Assembly: GCA_964057225.1 (NCBI GenBank)
Contig: OZ059894.1
Coordinates: forward strand, 20,150,001 to 20,214,000
Source: Auanema rhodensis
Taxonomy: Eukaryota; Animalia; Nematoda
Direction: 5' to 3'
DNA: 64,000 bases
Shown here: positions 1-12,546 of the stretch, piece by piece
How the letters are laid out: each line of letters opens with the position of its first letter
Position numbering within the stretch: position 1 is the stretch's first letter
Notes under the pieces: model-generated
Told to the model about the DNA's origin: nothing
Databases searched by the model: none
What the model saw: only the letters and a program-made list of their open reading frames with translations
Translations under genes and position numbers: made by a program

Positions 1-91
1 AAACTCAACATACACTAATGCATCATTTTTCAAACGATCATAACTAATTTTTGTATTGAGCGTTTCTCAATGTAGTATAGTGCATTCGATG

Positions 92-151
92 CGGATTTTT
101 AAGCTGCGTCGATCTGTGTTCTCAGATTTGCGCTAGCTTAAAAATACACCG
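92..151. other. Longest intra-monomer inverted repeat (imperfect hairpin), present in every monomer
   Basis: ATTTTTAAGCT (95-105) pairs perfectly with AGCTTAAAAAT (135-145). The inner GCG/CGC and ATCTG/CAGAT also pair, as do the outer CGG/CCG. Confidence 0.85.
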
Positions 152-162
152 AGATATCAACT

Positions 163-184
163 GATATAAGTTCACACTTATATC
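163..184. other. 9-bp perfect stem with 4-nt loop (GATATAAGT-TCAC-ACTTATATC), present in most monomers
   Basis: Read directly: 163-171 is the reverse complement of 176-184. Confidence 0.9.
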
Positions 185-334
185 CTCGATTTTCACCCTG
201 AAGAATTAATTTTTTCGTTGAATAACATTGGCCATCGTCTTTGCCTTGAAAAAAGGAATCTAAAAACATCTACTTTTTGCTAATTTATTCTGAAATTTTT
301 CGAAAAAATTTTTGTCAAAATGTTTTTGGAAGCA

Positions 335-362
335 ATGTTGAGTGTACATGGAAACTCAACAT
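335..362. other. 9-bp perfect stem with 10-nt loop (ATGTTGAGT...ACTCAACAT), present in almost every monomer
   Basis: 335-343 is the reverse complement of 354-362. Confidence 0.9.
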
Positions 363-3300
363 ACACTAATGCATCATTTTTCAAACGATCATAACTAATT
401 TTTGTATTAAGCGTTTCTCATTGTAGTATAGTGCATTCGATGCGGATTTTTAAGCTGCGTCGATCTGTGTTATCAGATTTGCGCTAGCTTGAAAATGCAC
501 CGAGATATCAACTGATATAAGTTCACACTTATATCCTCGATTTTCACCCTGAAGAATTAATTTTTTCGTTGTATAACATTGTCCATCGTCTTTGCCTTGA
601 AAAAAGGAATCTAAAAACATCTACTTTTTGCTAATTTATTTTGAAATTTTTTGAAAAAATTTTTGTCAAAATGTTTTTGGAAGCAATGTTGAGTGTACAT
701 GGAAACTCAACATACACTAATGCATCATTTTTCAAACGATCATAACTAATTTTTGTATTGAGCGTTTCTCAATGTAGTATAGTGCATTCGATGCGGATTT
801 TTGAGCTGCGTCGATCTGTGTTATCAGATTTGCGCTAGCTTAAAAATACACCGAGATATCAACTGATATAAGTTCACACTTATATCCTCGATTTTCACCC
901 TGAAGAATTGATTTTATCGTTGAATAACATTGTCCATCGTCTTTGTCTTGAAAAAAGGAATCTAAAAACATCTACTTTTTGCTAAATTATTCTGAAATTT
1001 TTCGAAAAAATTTTTGTCAAAATGTTTTTGGAAGCAATGTTGAGTGTACATGGAAACTCAACATACACTAATGCATCATTTTTCAAACGATCATAACTAA
1101 TTTTTGTATTAAGCGTTTCTCAATGTAGTATAATGCATTTGATGCGGATTTTTAAGCTGCGTCGATCTGTGTTATCAGATTTGCGCTAGCTTAAAAATGC
1201 ACCGAGATATCAACTGATATAAGTTCACACTTATATCCTCGATTTTCACCCTGAAGAATTAATTTTTTCGTTGAATAACATTGGCCATCGTCTTTGCCTT
1301 GAAAAAAGGAATCTAAAAACATCTACTTTTTGCTAATTTATTCTGAAATTTTTCGAAAAAATTTTTGTCAAAATGTTTTTGGAAGCAATGTTGAGTGTAC
1401 ATGGAAACTCAACATACACTAATGCATCATTTTTCAAACGATCATAACTAATTTTTGTATTAAGCGTTTCTCAATGTAGTATAGTGCATTCGATGCGGAT
1501 TTTTAAGCTGCGTCGATCTGTGTTATCAGATTTGCGCTAGCTTGAAAATGCACCGAGATATCAACTGATATAAGTTCACACTTATATCCTCGATTTTCAC
1601 CCTGAAGAATTAATTTTTTCGTTGTATAACATTGTCCATCGTCTTTGCCTTGAAAAAAGGAATCTAAAAACATCTACTTTTTGCTAATTTATTTTGAAAT
1701 TTTTTGAAAAAATTTTTGTCAAAATGTTTTTGGAAGCAATGTTGAGTGTACATGGAAACTCAACATACACTAATGCATCATTTTTCAAACGATCATAACT
1801 AATTTTTGTTTTAAGCGTTTCTCAATGTAGTATACTGCATTCGATGCGGATTTTTAAGCTGCGTCGATCTGTGTTATCAGATTTGCGCTAGCTTAAAAAT
1901 GCACCGAGATATCAACTGATATAAGTTCACACTTATATCCTCGATTTTCACCCTGAAGAATTAATTTTTTCGTTGAATAACATTGTCCATCGTCTTTGCC
2001 TTGAAAAAAGGAATCTAAAAACATCTACTTTTTGCTAATTTATTTTGAAATTTTTTGAAAAAATTTTTGTCAAAATGTTTTTGGAAGCAATGTTGAGTGT
2101 ACATGGAAACTCAACATACACTAATGCATCATTTTTCAAACGATCATAACTAATTTTTGTATTGAGCGTTTCTCAATGTAGTATAGTGCATTCGATGCGG
2201 ATTTTTAAGCTGCGTCGATCTGTGTTATCAGATTTGCGCTAGCTTAAAAATACACCGAGATATCAACTGATATAAGTTCACACTTATATCCTCGATTTTC
2301 ACCCTGAAGAATTGATTTTATCGTTGAATAACATTGTCCATCGTCTTTGTCTTGAAAAAAGGAATCTAAAAACATCTACTTTTTGCTAAATTATTCTGAA
2401 ATTTTTCGAAAAAATTTTTGTCAAAATGTTTTTGGAAGCAATGTTGAGTGTACATGGAAACTCAACATACACTAATGCATCATTTTTCAAACGATCATAA
2501 CTAATTTTTGTATTAAGCGTTTCTCAATGTAGTATAATGCATTCGATGCGGATTTTTAAGCTGCGTCGATCTGTGTTATCAGATTTGCGCTAGCTTAAAA
2601 ATGCACCGAGATATCAACTGATATCAGTTCACACTTATATCCTCGATTTTCACCCTGAAGAATTAATTTTTTCGTTGAATAACATTGGCCATCGTCTTTG
2701 CCTTGAAAAAAGGAATCTAAAAACATCTACTTTTTGCTAATTTATTCTGAAATTTTTCGAAAAAATTTTTGTCAAAATGTTTTTGGAAGCAATGTTGAGT
2801 GTACATGGAAACTCAACATACACTAATGCATCATTTTTCAAACGATCATAACTAATTTTTGTATTAAGCGTTTCTCAATGTAGTATAGTGCATTCGATGC
2901 GGATTTTTAAGCTGCGTCGATCTGTGTTATCAGATTTGCGCTAGCTTGAAAATGCACCGAGATATCAACTGATATAAGTTCACACTTATATCCTCGATTT
3001 TCACCCTGAAGAATTAATTTTTTCGTTGTATAACATATTCCATCGTCTTTGCCTTGAAAAAAGGAATCTAAAAACATCTACTTTTTGCTAATTTATTTTG
3101 AAATTTTTTGAAAAAATTTTTGTCAAAATGTTTTTGGAAGCAATGTTGAGTGTACATGGAAACTCAACATACACTAATGCATCATTTTTCAAACGATCAT
3201 AACTAATTTTTGTATTGAGCGTTTCTCAATGTAGTATAGTGCATTCGATGCGGATTTTTAAGCTGCGTCGATCTGTGTTATCAGATTTGCGCTAGCTTAA

Positions 3301-6300
3301 AAATACACCGAGATATCAACTGATATAAGTTCACACTTATATCCTCGATTTTCACCCTGAAGAATTGATTTTATCGTTGAATAACATTGTCCATCGTCTT
3401 TGTCTTGAAAAAAGGAATCTAAAAACATCTACTTTTTGCTAAATTATTCTGAAATTTTTCGAAAAAATTTTTGTCAAAATGTTTTTGGAAGCAATGTTGA
3501 GTGTACATGGAAACTCAACATACACTAATGCATCATTTTTCAAACGATCATAACTAATTTTTGTATTAAGCGTTTCTCAATGTAGTATAGTGCATTCGAT
3601 GCGGATTTTTAAGCTGCGTCGATCTGTGTTATCAGATTTGCGCTAGCTTGAAAATGCACCGAGATATCAACTGATATAAGTTCACACTTATATCCTCGAT
3701 TTTCACCCTGAAGAATTAATTTTTTCGTTGTATAACATATTCCATCGTCTTTGCCTTGAAAAAAGGAATCTAAAAACATCTACTTTTTGCTAATTTATTT
3801 TGAAATTTTTTGAAAAAATTTTTGTCAAAATGTTTTTGGAAGCAATGTTGAGTGTACATGGAAACTCAACATACACTAATGCATCATTTTTCAAACGATC
3901 ATAACTAATTTTTGTATTGAGCGTTTCTCAATGTAGTATAGTGCATTCGATGCGGATTTTTAAGCTGCGTCGATCTGTGTTATCAGATTTGCGCTAGCTT
4001 AAAAATGCACCGAGATATCAACTGATATAAGTTCACACTTATATCCTCGATTTTCACCCTGAAGAATTAATTTTATCGTTGAATAACATTGTCCATCGTC
4101 TTTGCCTTAAAAAAAGGAATCTAAAAACATCTACGTTTAGCTAATTTATTTTGAAATTTTTCGAAAAAATTTTTGTCAAAATGTTTTTGGAAGCAATGTT
4201 GAGTGTACATGGAAACTCAACATACACTAATGCATCATTTTTCAAACGATCATAACTAATTTTTGTATTAAGCGTTTCTCAATGTAGTATAGTGCATTCG
4301 ATGCGGATTTTTAAGCTGCGTCGATCTGTGTTATCAGATTTGCGCTAGCTTGAAAATGCACCGAGATATCAACTGATATAAGTTCACACTTATATCCTCG
4401 ATTTTCACCCTGAAGAATTAATTTTTTCGTTGTATAACATATTCCATCGTCTTTGCCTTGAAAAAAGGAATCTAAAAACATCTACTTTTTGCTAATTTAT
4501 TTTGAAATTTTTTGAAAAAATTTTTGTCAAAATGTTTTTGGAAGCAATGTTGAGTGTACATGGAAACTCAACATACACTAATGCATCATTTTTCAAACGA
4601 TCATAACTAATTTTTGTATTGAGCGTTTCTCAATGTAGTATAGTGCATTCGATGCGGATTTTTAAGCTGCGTCGATCTGTGTTATCAGATTTGCGCTAGC
4701 TTAAAAATGCACCGAGATATCAACTGATATAAGTTCACACTTATATCCTCGATTTTCACCCTGAAGAATTACTTTTATCGTTGAATAACATTGTCCATCG
4801 TCTTTGCCTTGAAAAAAGGAATCTAAAAACATCTACTTTTTGCTAAATTATTTTGAAATTTTTCGAAAAAATTTTTGTCAAAATGTTTTTGGAAGCAATG
4901 TTGAGTGTACATGGAAACTCAACATACACTAATGCATCATTTTTCAAACGATCATAACTAATTTTTGTATTAAGCGTTTCTCAATGTAGTATAGTGCATT
5001 CGATGCGGATTTTTAAGCTGCGTCGATCTGTGTTATCAGATTTGCGCTAGCTTAAAAATGCACCGAGATATCAACTGATATAAGTTCACACTTATATCCT
5101 CGATTTTCACCCTGAAGAATTAATTTTTTCGTTGAATAACATTGTCCATCGTCTTTTCCTTGAAAAAAGGAATCTAAAAACATCTACTTTTTGCTAAATT
5201 ATTCTGAAACTTTTCGAAAAAATTTTTGTCAAAATGTTTTTGGAAGCAATGTTGAGTGTACATGGAAACTCAACATACACTAATGCATCATTTTTCAAAC
5301 GATCATAACTAATTTTTGTATTAAGCGTTTCTCAATGTAGTATAGTGCATTCGATGCGGATTTTTAAGCTGCGTCGATCTGTGTTATCAGATTTGCGCTA
5401 GCTTAAAAATGCACCGAGATATCAACTGATATAAGTTCACACTTATATCCTCGATTTTCACCCTGAAGAATTAATTTTTTCGTTGAATAACATTGTCCAT
5501 CGTCTTTGCCTTGAAAAAAGGAATCTAAAAACATCTACTTTTTGCTAATTTATTTTGAAATTTTTTGAAAAAATTTTTGTCAAAATGTTTTTGGAAACAA
5601 TGTTGAGTGTACATGGAAACTCAACATACACTAATGCATCATTTTTCAAACGATCATAACTAATTTTTGTATTGAGCGTTTCTCAATGTAGTATAGTGCA
5701 TTCGATGCGGATTTTTAAGCTGCGTCGATCTGTGTTATCAGATTTGCGCTAGCTTAAAAATGCACCGAGATATCAACTGATATAAGTTCACACTTATATC
5801 CTCGATTTTCACCCTGAAGAATTGATTTTATCGTTGAATAACATTGTCCATCGTCTTTGTCTTGAAAAAAGAAATCTAAAAACATCTACTTTTTGCTAAA
5901 TTATTCTGAAATTTTTCGAAAAAATTTTTGTCAAAATGTTTTTGGAAGCAATGTTGAGTGTACATGGAAACTCAACATACACTAATGCATCATTTTTCAA
6001 ACGATCATAACTAATTTTTGTTTTAAGCGTTTCTCAATGTAGTATACTGCATTCGATGCGGATTTTTAAGCTGCGTCGATCTGTGTTATCAGATTTGCGC
6101 TAGCTTAAAAATGCACCGAGATATCAACTGATATAAGTTCACACTTATATCCTCGATTTTCACCCTGAAGAATTAATTTTTTCGTTGAATAACATTGTCC
6201 ATCGTCTTTGCCTTGAAAAAAGGAATCTAAAAACATCTACTTTTTGCTAATTTATTTTGAAATTTTTCGAAAAAATTTTTGTCAAAATGTTTTTGGAAGC

Positions 6301-9300
6301 AATGTTGAGTGTACATGGAAACTCAACATACACTAATGCATCATTTTTCAAACGATCATAACTAATTTTTGTATTAAGCGTTTCTCAATGTAGTATAGTG
6401 CATTCGATGCGGATTTTTAAGCTGCGTCGATCTGTGTTATCAGATTTGCGCTAGCTTGAAAATGCACCGAGATATCAACTGATATAAGTTCACACTTATA
6501 TCCTCGATTTTCACCCTGAAGAATTAATTTTTTCGTTGAATAACATTGTCCATCGTCTTTGCCTTGAAAAAAGGAATCTAAAAACATCTACTTTTTGCTA
6601 ATTTATTTTGAAATTTTTCGAAAAAATTTTTGTCAAAATGTTTTTGGAAGCAATGTTGAGTGTACATGGAAACTCAACATACACTAATGCATCATTTTTC
6701 AAACGATCATAACTAATTTTTGTATTAAGCGTTTCTCAATGTAGTATAGTGCATTCGATGCGGATTTTTAAGCTGCGTCGATCTGTGTTATCAGATTTGC
6801 GCTAGCTTGAAAATGCACCGAGATATCAACTGATATAAGTTCACACTTATATCCTCGATTTTCACCCTGAAGAATTAATTTTTTCGTTGTATAACATTGT
6901 CCATCGTCTTTGCCTTGAAAAAAGGAATCTAAAAACATCTACTTTTTGCTAATTTATTTTGAAATTTTTTGAAAAAATTTTTGTCAAAATGTTTTTGGAA
7001 GCAATGTTGAGTGTACATGGAAACTCAACATACACTAATGCATCATTTTTCAAACGATCATAACTAATTTTTGTATTGAGCGTTTCTCAATGTAGTATAG
7101 TGCATTCGATGCGGATTTTTAAGCTGCGTCGATCTGTGTTATCAGATTTGCGCTAGCTTAAAAATACACCGAGATATCAACTGATATAAGTTCACACTTA
7201 TATCCTCGATTTTCACCCTGAAGAATTGATTTTATCGTTGAATAACATTGTCCATCGTCTTTGTCTTGAAAAAAGGAATCTAAAAACATCTACTTTTTGC
7301 TAAATTATTCTGAAATTTTTCGAAAAAATTTTTGTCAAAATGTTTTTGGAAGCAATGTTGAGTGTACATGGAAACTCAACATACACTAATGCATCATTTT
7401 TCAAACGATCATAACTAATTTTTGTATTAAGCGTTTCTCAATGTAGTATAATGCATTCGATGCGGATTTTTAAGCTGCGTCGATCTGTGTTATCAGATTT
7501 GCGCTAGCTTAAAAATGCACCGAGATATCAACTGATATAAGTTCACACTTATATCCTCGATTTTCACCCTGAAGAATTAATTTTTTCGTTGAATAACATT
7601 GGCCATCGTCTGTGCCTTGAAAAAAGGAATCTAAAAACATCTACTATTTGCTAATTTATTCTGAAATTTTTCGAAAAAATTTTTGTCAAAATGTTTTTGG
7701 AAGCAATGTTGAGTGTACATGGAAACTCAACATACACTAATGCATCATTTTTCAAACGATCATAACTAATTTTTGTATTAAGCGTTTCTCAATGTAGTAT
7801 AGTGCATTCGATGCGGATTTTTAAGCTGCGTCGATCTGTGTTATCAGATTTGCGCTAACTTGAAAATGCACCGAGATATCAACTGATATAAGTTCACACT
7901 TATATCCTCGATTTTCACCCTGAAGAATTAATTTTTTCGTTGTATAACATTGTCCATCGTCTTTGCCTTGAAAAAAGGAATCTAAAAACATCTACTTTTT
8001 GCTAATTTATTTTGAAATTTTTTGAAAAAATTTTTGTCAAAATGTTTTTGGAAGCAATGTTGAGTGTACATGGAAACTCAACATACACTAATGCATCATT
8101 TTTCAAACGATCATAACTAATTTTTGTTTTAAGCGTTTCTCAATGTAGTATACTGCATTCGATGCGGATTTTTAAGCTGCGTCGATCTGTGTTATCAGAT
8201 TTGCGCTAGCTTAAAAATGCACCGAGATATCAACTGATATAAGTTCACACTTATATCCTCGATTTTCACCCTGAAGAATTAATTTTTTCGTTGAATAACA
8301 TTGTCCATCGTCTTTGCCTTGAAAAAAGGAATCTAAAAACATCTACTTTTTGCTAATTTATTTTGAAATTTTTTGAAAAAATTTTTGTCAAAATGTTTTT
8401 GGAAGCAATGTTGAGTGTACATGGAAACTCAACATACACTAATGCATCATTTTTCAAACGATCATAACTAATTTTTGTATTAAGCGTTTCTCAATGTAGT
8501 ATAATGCATTCGATGCGGATTTTTAAGCTGCGTCGATCTGTGTTATCAGATTTGCGCTAGCTTAAAAATGCACCGAGATATCAACTGATATAAGTTCACA
8601 CTTATATCCTCGATTTTCACCCTGAAGAATTAATTTTTTCGTTGAATAACATTGGCCATCGTCTTTGCCTTGAAAAAAGGAATCTAAAAACATCTACTTT
8701 TTGCTAATTTATTCTGAAATTTTTCGAAAAAATTTTTGTCAAAATGTTTTTGGAAGCAATGTTGAGTGTACATGGAAACTCAACATACACTAATGCATCA
8801 TTTTTCAAACGATCATAACTAATTTTTGTTTTAAGCGTTTCTCAATGTAGTATACTGCATTCGATGCGGATTTTTAAGCTGCGTCGATCTGTGTTATCAG
8901 ATTTGCGCTAGCTTAAAAATGCACCGAGATATCAACTGATATAAGTTCACACTTATATCCTCGATTTTCACCCTGAAGAATTAATTTTTTCGTTGAATAA
9001 CATTGTCCATCGTCTTTGCCTTGAAAAAAGAAATCTAAAAACATCTACTTTTTGCTAATTTATTTTGAAATTTTTTGAAAAAATTTTTGTCAAAATGTTT
9101 TTGGAAGCAATGTTGAGTGTACATGGAAACTCAACATACACTAATGCATCATTTTTCAAACGATCATAACTAATTTTTGTATTGAGCGTTTCTCAATGTA
9201 GTATAGTGCATTCGATGCGGATTTTTAAGCTGCGTCGATCTGTGTTATCAGATTTGCGCTAGCTTAAAAATACACCGAGATATCAACTGATATAAGTTCA

Positions 9301-10920
9301 CACTTATATCCTCGATTTTCACCCTGAAGAATTGATTTTATCGTTGAATAACATTGTCCATCGTCTTTGTCTTGAAAAAAGGAATCTAAAAACATCTACT
9401 TTTTGCTAAATTATTCTGAAATTTTTCGAAAAAATTTTTGTCAAAATGTTTTTGGAAGCAATGTTGAGTGTACATGGAAACTCAACATACACTAATGCAT
9501 CATTTTTCAAACGATCATATCTAATTTTTGTATTAAGCGTTTCTCAATGTAGTATAATGCATTCGATGCGGATTTTTAAGCTGCGTCGATCTGTGTTATC
9601 AGATTTGCGCTAGCTTAAAAATGCACCGAGATATCAACTGATATAAGTTCACACTTATATCCTCGATTTTCACCCTGAAGAATTAATTTTTTCGTTGAAT
9701 AACATTGTCCATCGTCTTTGCCTTGAAAAAAGGAATCTAAAAACATCTACTTTTTGCTAATTTATTTTGAAATTTTTTGAAAAAATTTTTGTCAAAATGT
9801 TTTTGGAAGCAATGTTGAGTGTACATGGAAACTCAACATACACTAATGCATCATTTTTCAAACGATCATAACTAATTTTTGTATTGAGCGTTTCTCAATG
9901 TAGTATAGTGCATTCGATGCGGATTTTTAAGCTGCGTCGATCTGTGTTATCAGATTTGCGCTAGCTTAAAAATACACCGAGATATCAACTGATATAAGTT
10001 CACACTTATATCCTCGATTTTCACCCTGAAGAATTGATTTTATCGTTGAATAACATTGTCCATCGTCTTTGTCTTGAAAAAAGGAATCTAAAAACATCTA
10101 CTTTTTGCTAAATTATTCTGAAATTTTTCGAAAAAATTTTTGTCAAAATGTTTTTGGAAGCAATGTTGAGTGTACATGGAAACTCAACATACACTAATGC
10201 ATCATTTTTCAAACGATCATAACTAATTTTTGTATTAAGCGTTTCTCAATGTAGTATAATGCATTCGATGCGGATTTTTAAGCTGCGTCGATCTGTGTTA
10301 TCAGATTTGCGCTAGCTTAAAAATGCACCGAGATATCAACTGATATAAGTTCACACTTATATCCTCGATTTTCACCCTGAAGAATTAATTTTTTCGTTGA
10401 ATAACATTGGCCATCGTCTTTGCCTTGAAAAAAGGAATCTAAAAACATCTACTTTTTGCTAATTTATTTTGAAATTTTTTGAAAAAATTTTTGTCAAAAT
10501 GTTTTTGGAAGCAATGTTGAGTGTACATGGAAACTCAACATACACTAATGCATCATTTTTCAAACGATCATAACTAATTTTTGTATTGAGCGTTTCTCAA
10601 TAAAGTATAGTGCATTCGATGCGGATTTTTAAGCTGCGTCGATCTGTGTTATCAGATTTGCGCTAGCTTAAAAATGCACCGAGATATCAACTGATATAAG
10701 TTCACACTTATATCCTCGATTTTCACCCTGAAGAATTAATTTTATCGTTGAATAACATTGTCCATCGTCTTTGCCTTGAAAAAAGGAATCTAAAAACATC
10801 TACTTTTTGCTAAATTATTTTGAAATTTTTCGAAAAAATTTTTGTCAAAATGTTTTTGGAAGCAATGTTGAGTGTACATGGAAACTCAACATACACTAAT
10901 GCATCATTTTTCAAACGATC

Positions 10921-10940
10921 ATAACTAAAAATTAATTCTT
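10921..10940. other. Orientation-switch (inversion) junction in the satellite array
   Basis: ATAACT-AA-AAATTAATTCTT joins forward monomer position 47 to reverse-complemented position 214. The AA at 10927-10928 fits either side, and there is no inserted foreign sequence. Confidence 0.95.
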
Positions 10941-11142
10941 CAGGGTGAAAATCGAGGATATAAGTGTGAACTTATATCAGTTGATATCTCGGTGCATTTT
11001 TAAGCTAGCGCAAATCTGATAACACAGATCGACGCAGCTTAAAAATCCGCATCGAATGCACTATACTACATTGAGAAACGCTCAATACAAAAATTAGTTA
11101 TGATCGTTTGAAAAATGATGCATTAGTGTATGTTGAGTTTCC

Positions 11143-12546
11143 ATGTACACTCAACATTGCTTCCAAAAACATTTTGACAAAAATTTTTTCGAAAAATTTC
11201 AAAATAAATTAGCAAAAAGTAGATGTTTTTAGATTCCTTTTTTCAAGGCAAAGACGATGGACAATGTTATTCAACGAAAAAATTAATTCTTCAGGGTGAA
11301 AATCGAGGATATAAGTGTGAACTTATATCAGTTGATATCTCGGTGCATTTTTAAGCTAGCGCAAATCTGATAACACAGATCGACGCAGCTTAAAAATCCG
11401 CATCGAATGCAGTATACTACATTGAGAAACGCTTAATACAAAAATTAGTTATGATCGTTTGAAAAATGATGCATTAGTGTATGTTGAGTTGCCATGTACA
11501 CTCAACATTGCTTCCAAAAACATTTTGACAAAACTTTTTTCGAAAAATTTCAAAATAAATTAGCAAAAAGTAGATGTTTTTAGATTCCTTTTTTCAAGGC
11601 AAAGACGATGGACAATGTTATTCAACGAAAAAATTAATTCTTCAGGGTGAAAATCGAGGATATAAGTGTGAAATTATATCAGTTGATATCTCGGTGCATT
11701 TTTAAGCTAGCGCAAATCTGATAACACAGATCGACGCAGCTTAAAAATCCGCATCGAATGCAGTATACTACATTGAGAAACGCTTAATACAAAAATTAGT
11801 TATGATTGTTTGAAAAATGATGCATTAGTGTATGTTGAGTTTCCATGTACACTCAACATTGCTTCCAAAAACATTTTGACAAAAATTTTTTCGAAAAATT
11901 TCAAAATAAATTAGCAAAAAGTAGATGTTTTTAGATTCCTTTTTTCAAGGCAAAGACGATGGACAATGTTATTCAACGAAAAAATTAATTCTTCAGGGTG
12001 AAAATCGAGGATATAAGTGTGAACTTATATCAGTTGATATCTCGGTGCATTTTTAAGCTAGCGCAAATCTGATAACACAGATCGACGCAGCTTAAAAATC
12101 CGCATCGAATGCAGTATACTACATTGAGAAACGCTTAATACAAAAATTAGTTATGATCGTTTGAAAAATGATGCATTAGTGTATGTTGAGTTGCCATGTA
12201 CACTCAACATTGCTTCCAAAAACATTTTGACAAAACTTTTTTCGAAAAATTTCAAAATAAATTAGCAAAAAGTAGATGTTTTTAGATTCCTTTTTTCAAG
12301 GCAAAGACGATGGACAATGTTATTCAACGAAAAAATTAATTCTTCAGGGTGAAAATCGAGGATATAAGTGTGAAATTATATCAGTTGATATCTCGGTGCA
12401 TTTTTAAGCTAGCGCAAATCTGATAACACAGATCGACGCAGCTTAAAAATCCGCATCGAATGCAGTATACTACATTGAGAAACGCTTAATACAAAAATTA
12501 GTTATGATTGTTTGAAAAATGATGCATTAGTGTATGTTGAGTTTCC
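11143..12546 (-). repeat. Local 2-monomer (702-bp) tandem duplication
   Basis: The variant set TTGCC / AAAACTTT / GTGAAATT / ATGATTG recurs 702 bp apart (GAAATT ~11671 and ~12373; GATTG ~11805 and ~12507). Confidence 0.75.

Larger units (their letters stand above)
1..10928 (+). repeat. Left arm: 31 complete monomers plus a 47-bp partial monomer, all in exact 351-bp register
   Basis: Monomer starts follow 1+351n with no drift up to 10882. The final partial monomer ends at ...GATCATAACTAA (10928). Confidence 0.97.

Noticed and set aside
213-229. CENP-B-box-like motif TTTCGTTGAATAACATT
   Set aside because: It matches TTCG and the central A of NTTCGNNNNANNCGGGN but lacks the essential CGGG (5 of 9 core bases).
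1-351. Monomer as an ancient dimer of ~175-bp subunits
   Set aside because: Only TAATTTTTnnnTTGA recurs, about 162 bp apart. I could not extend the alignment by eye, so this needs a sensitive self-alignment.
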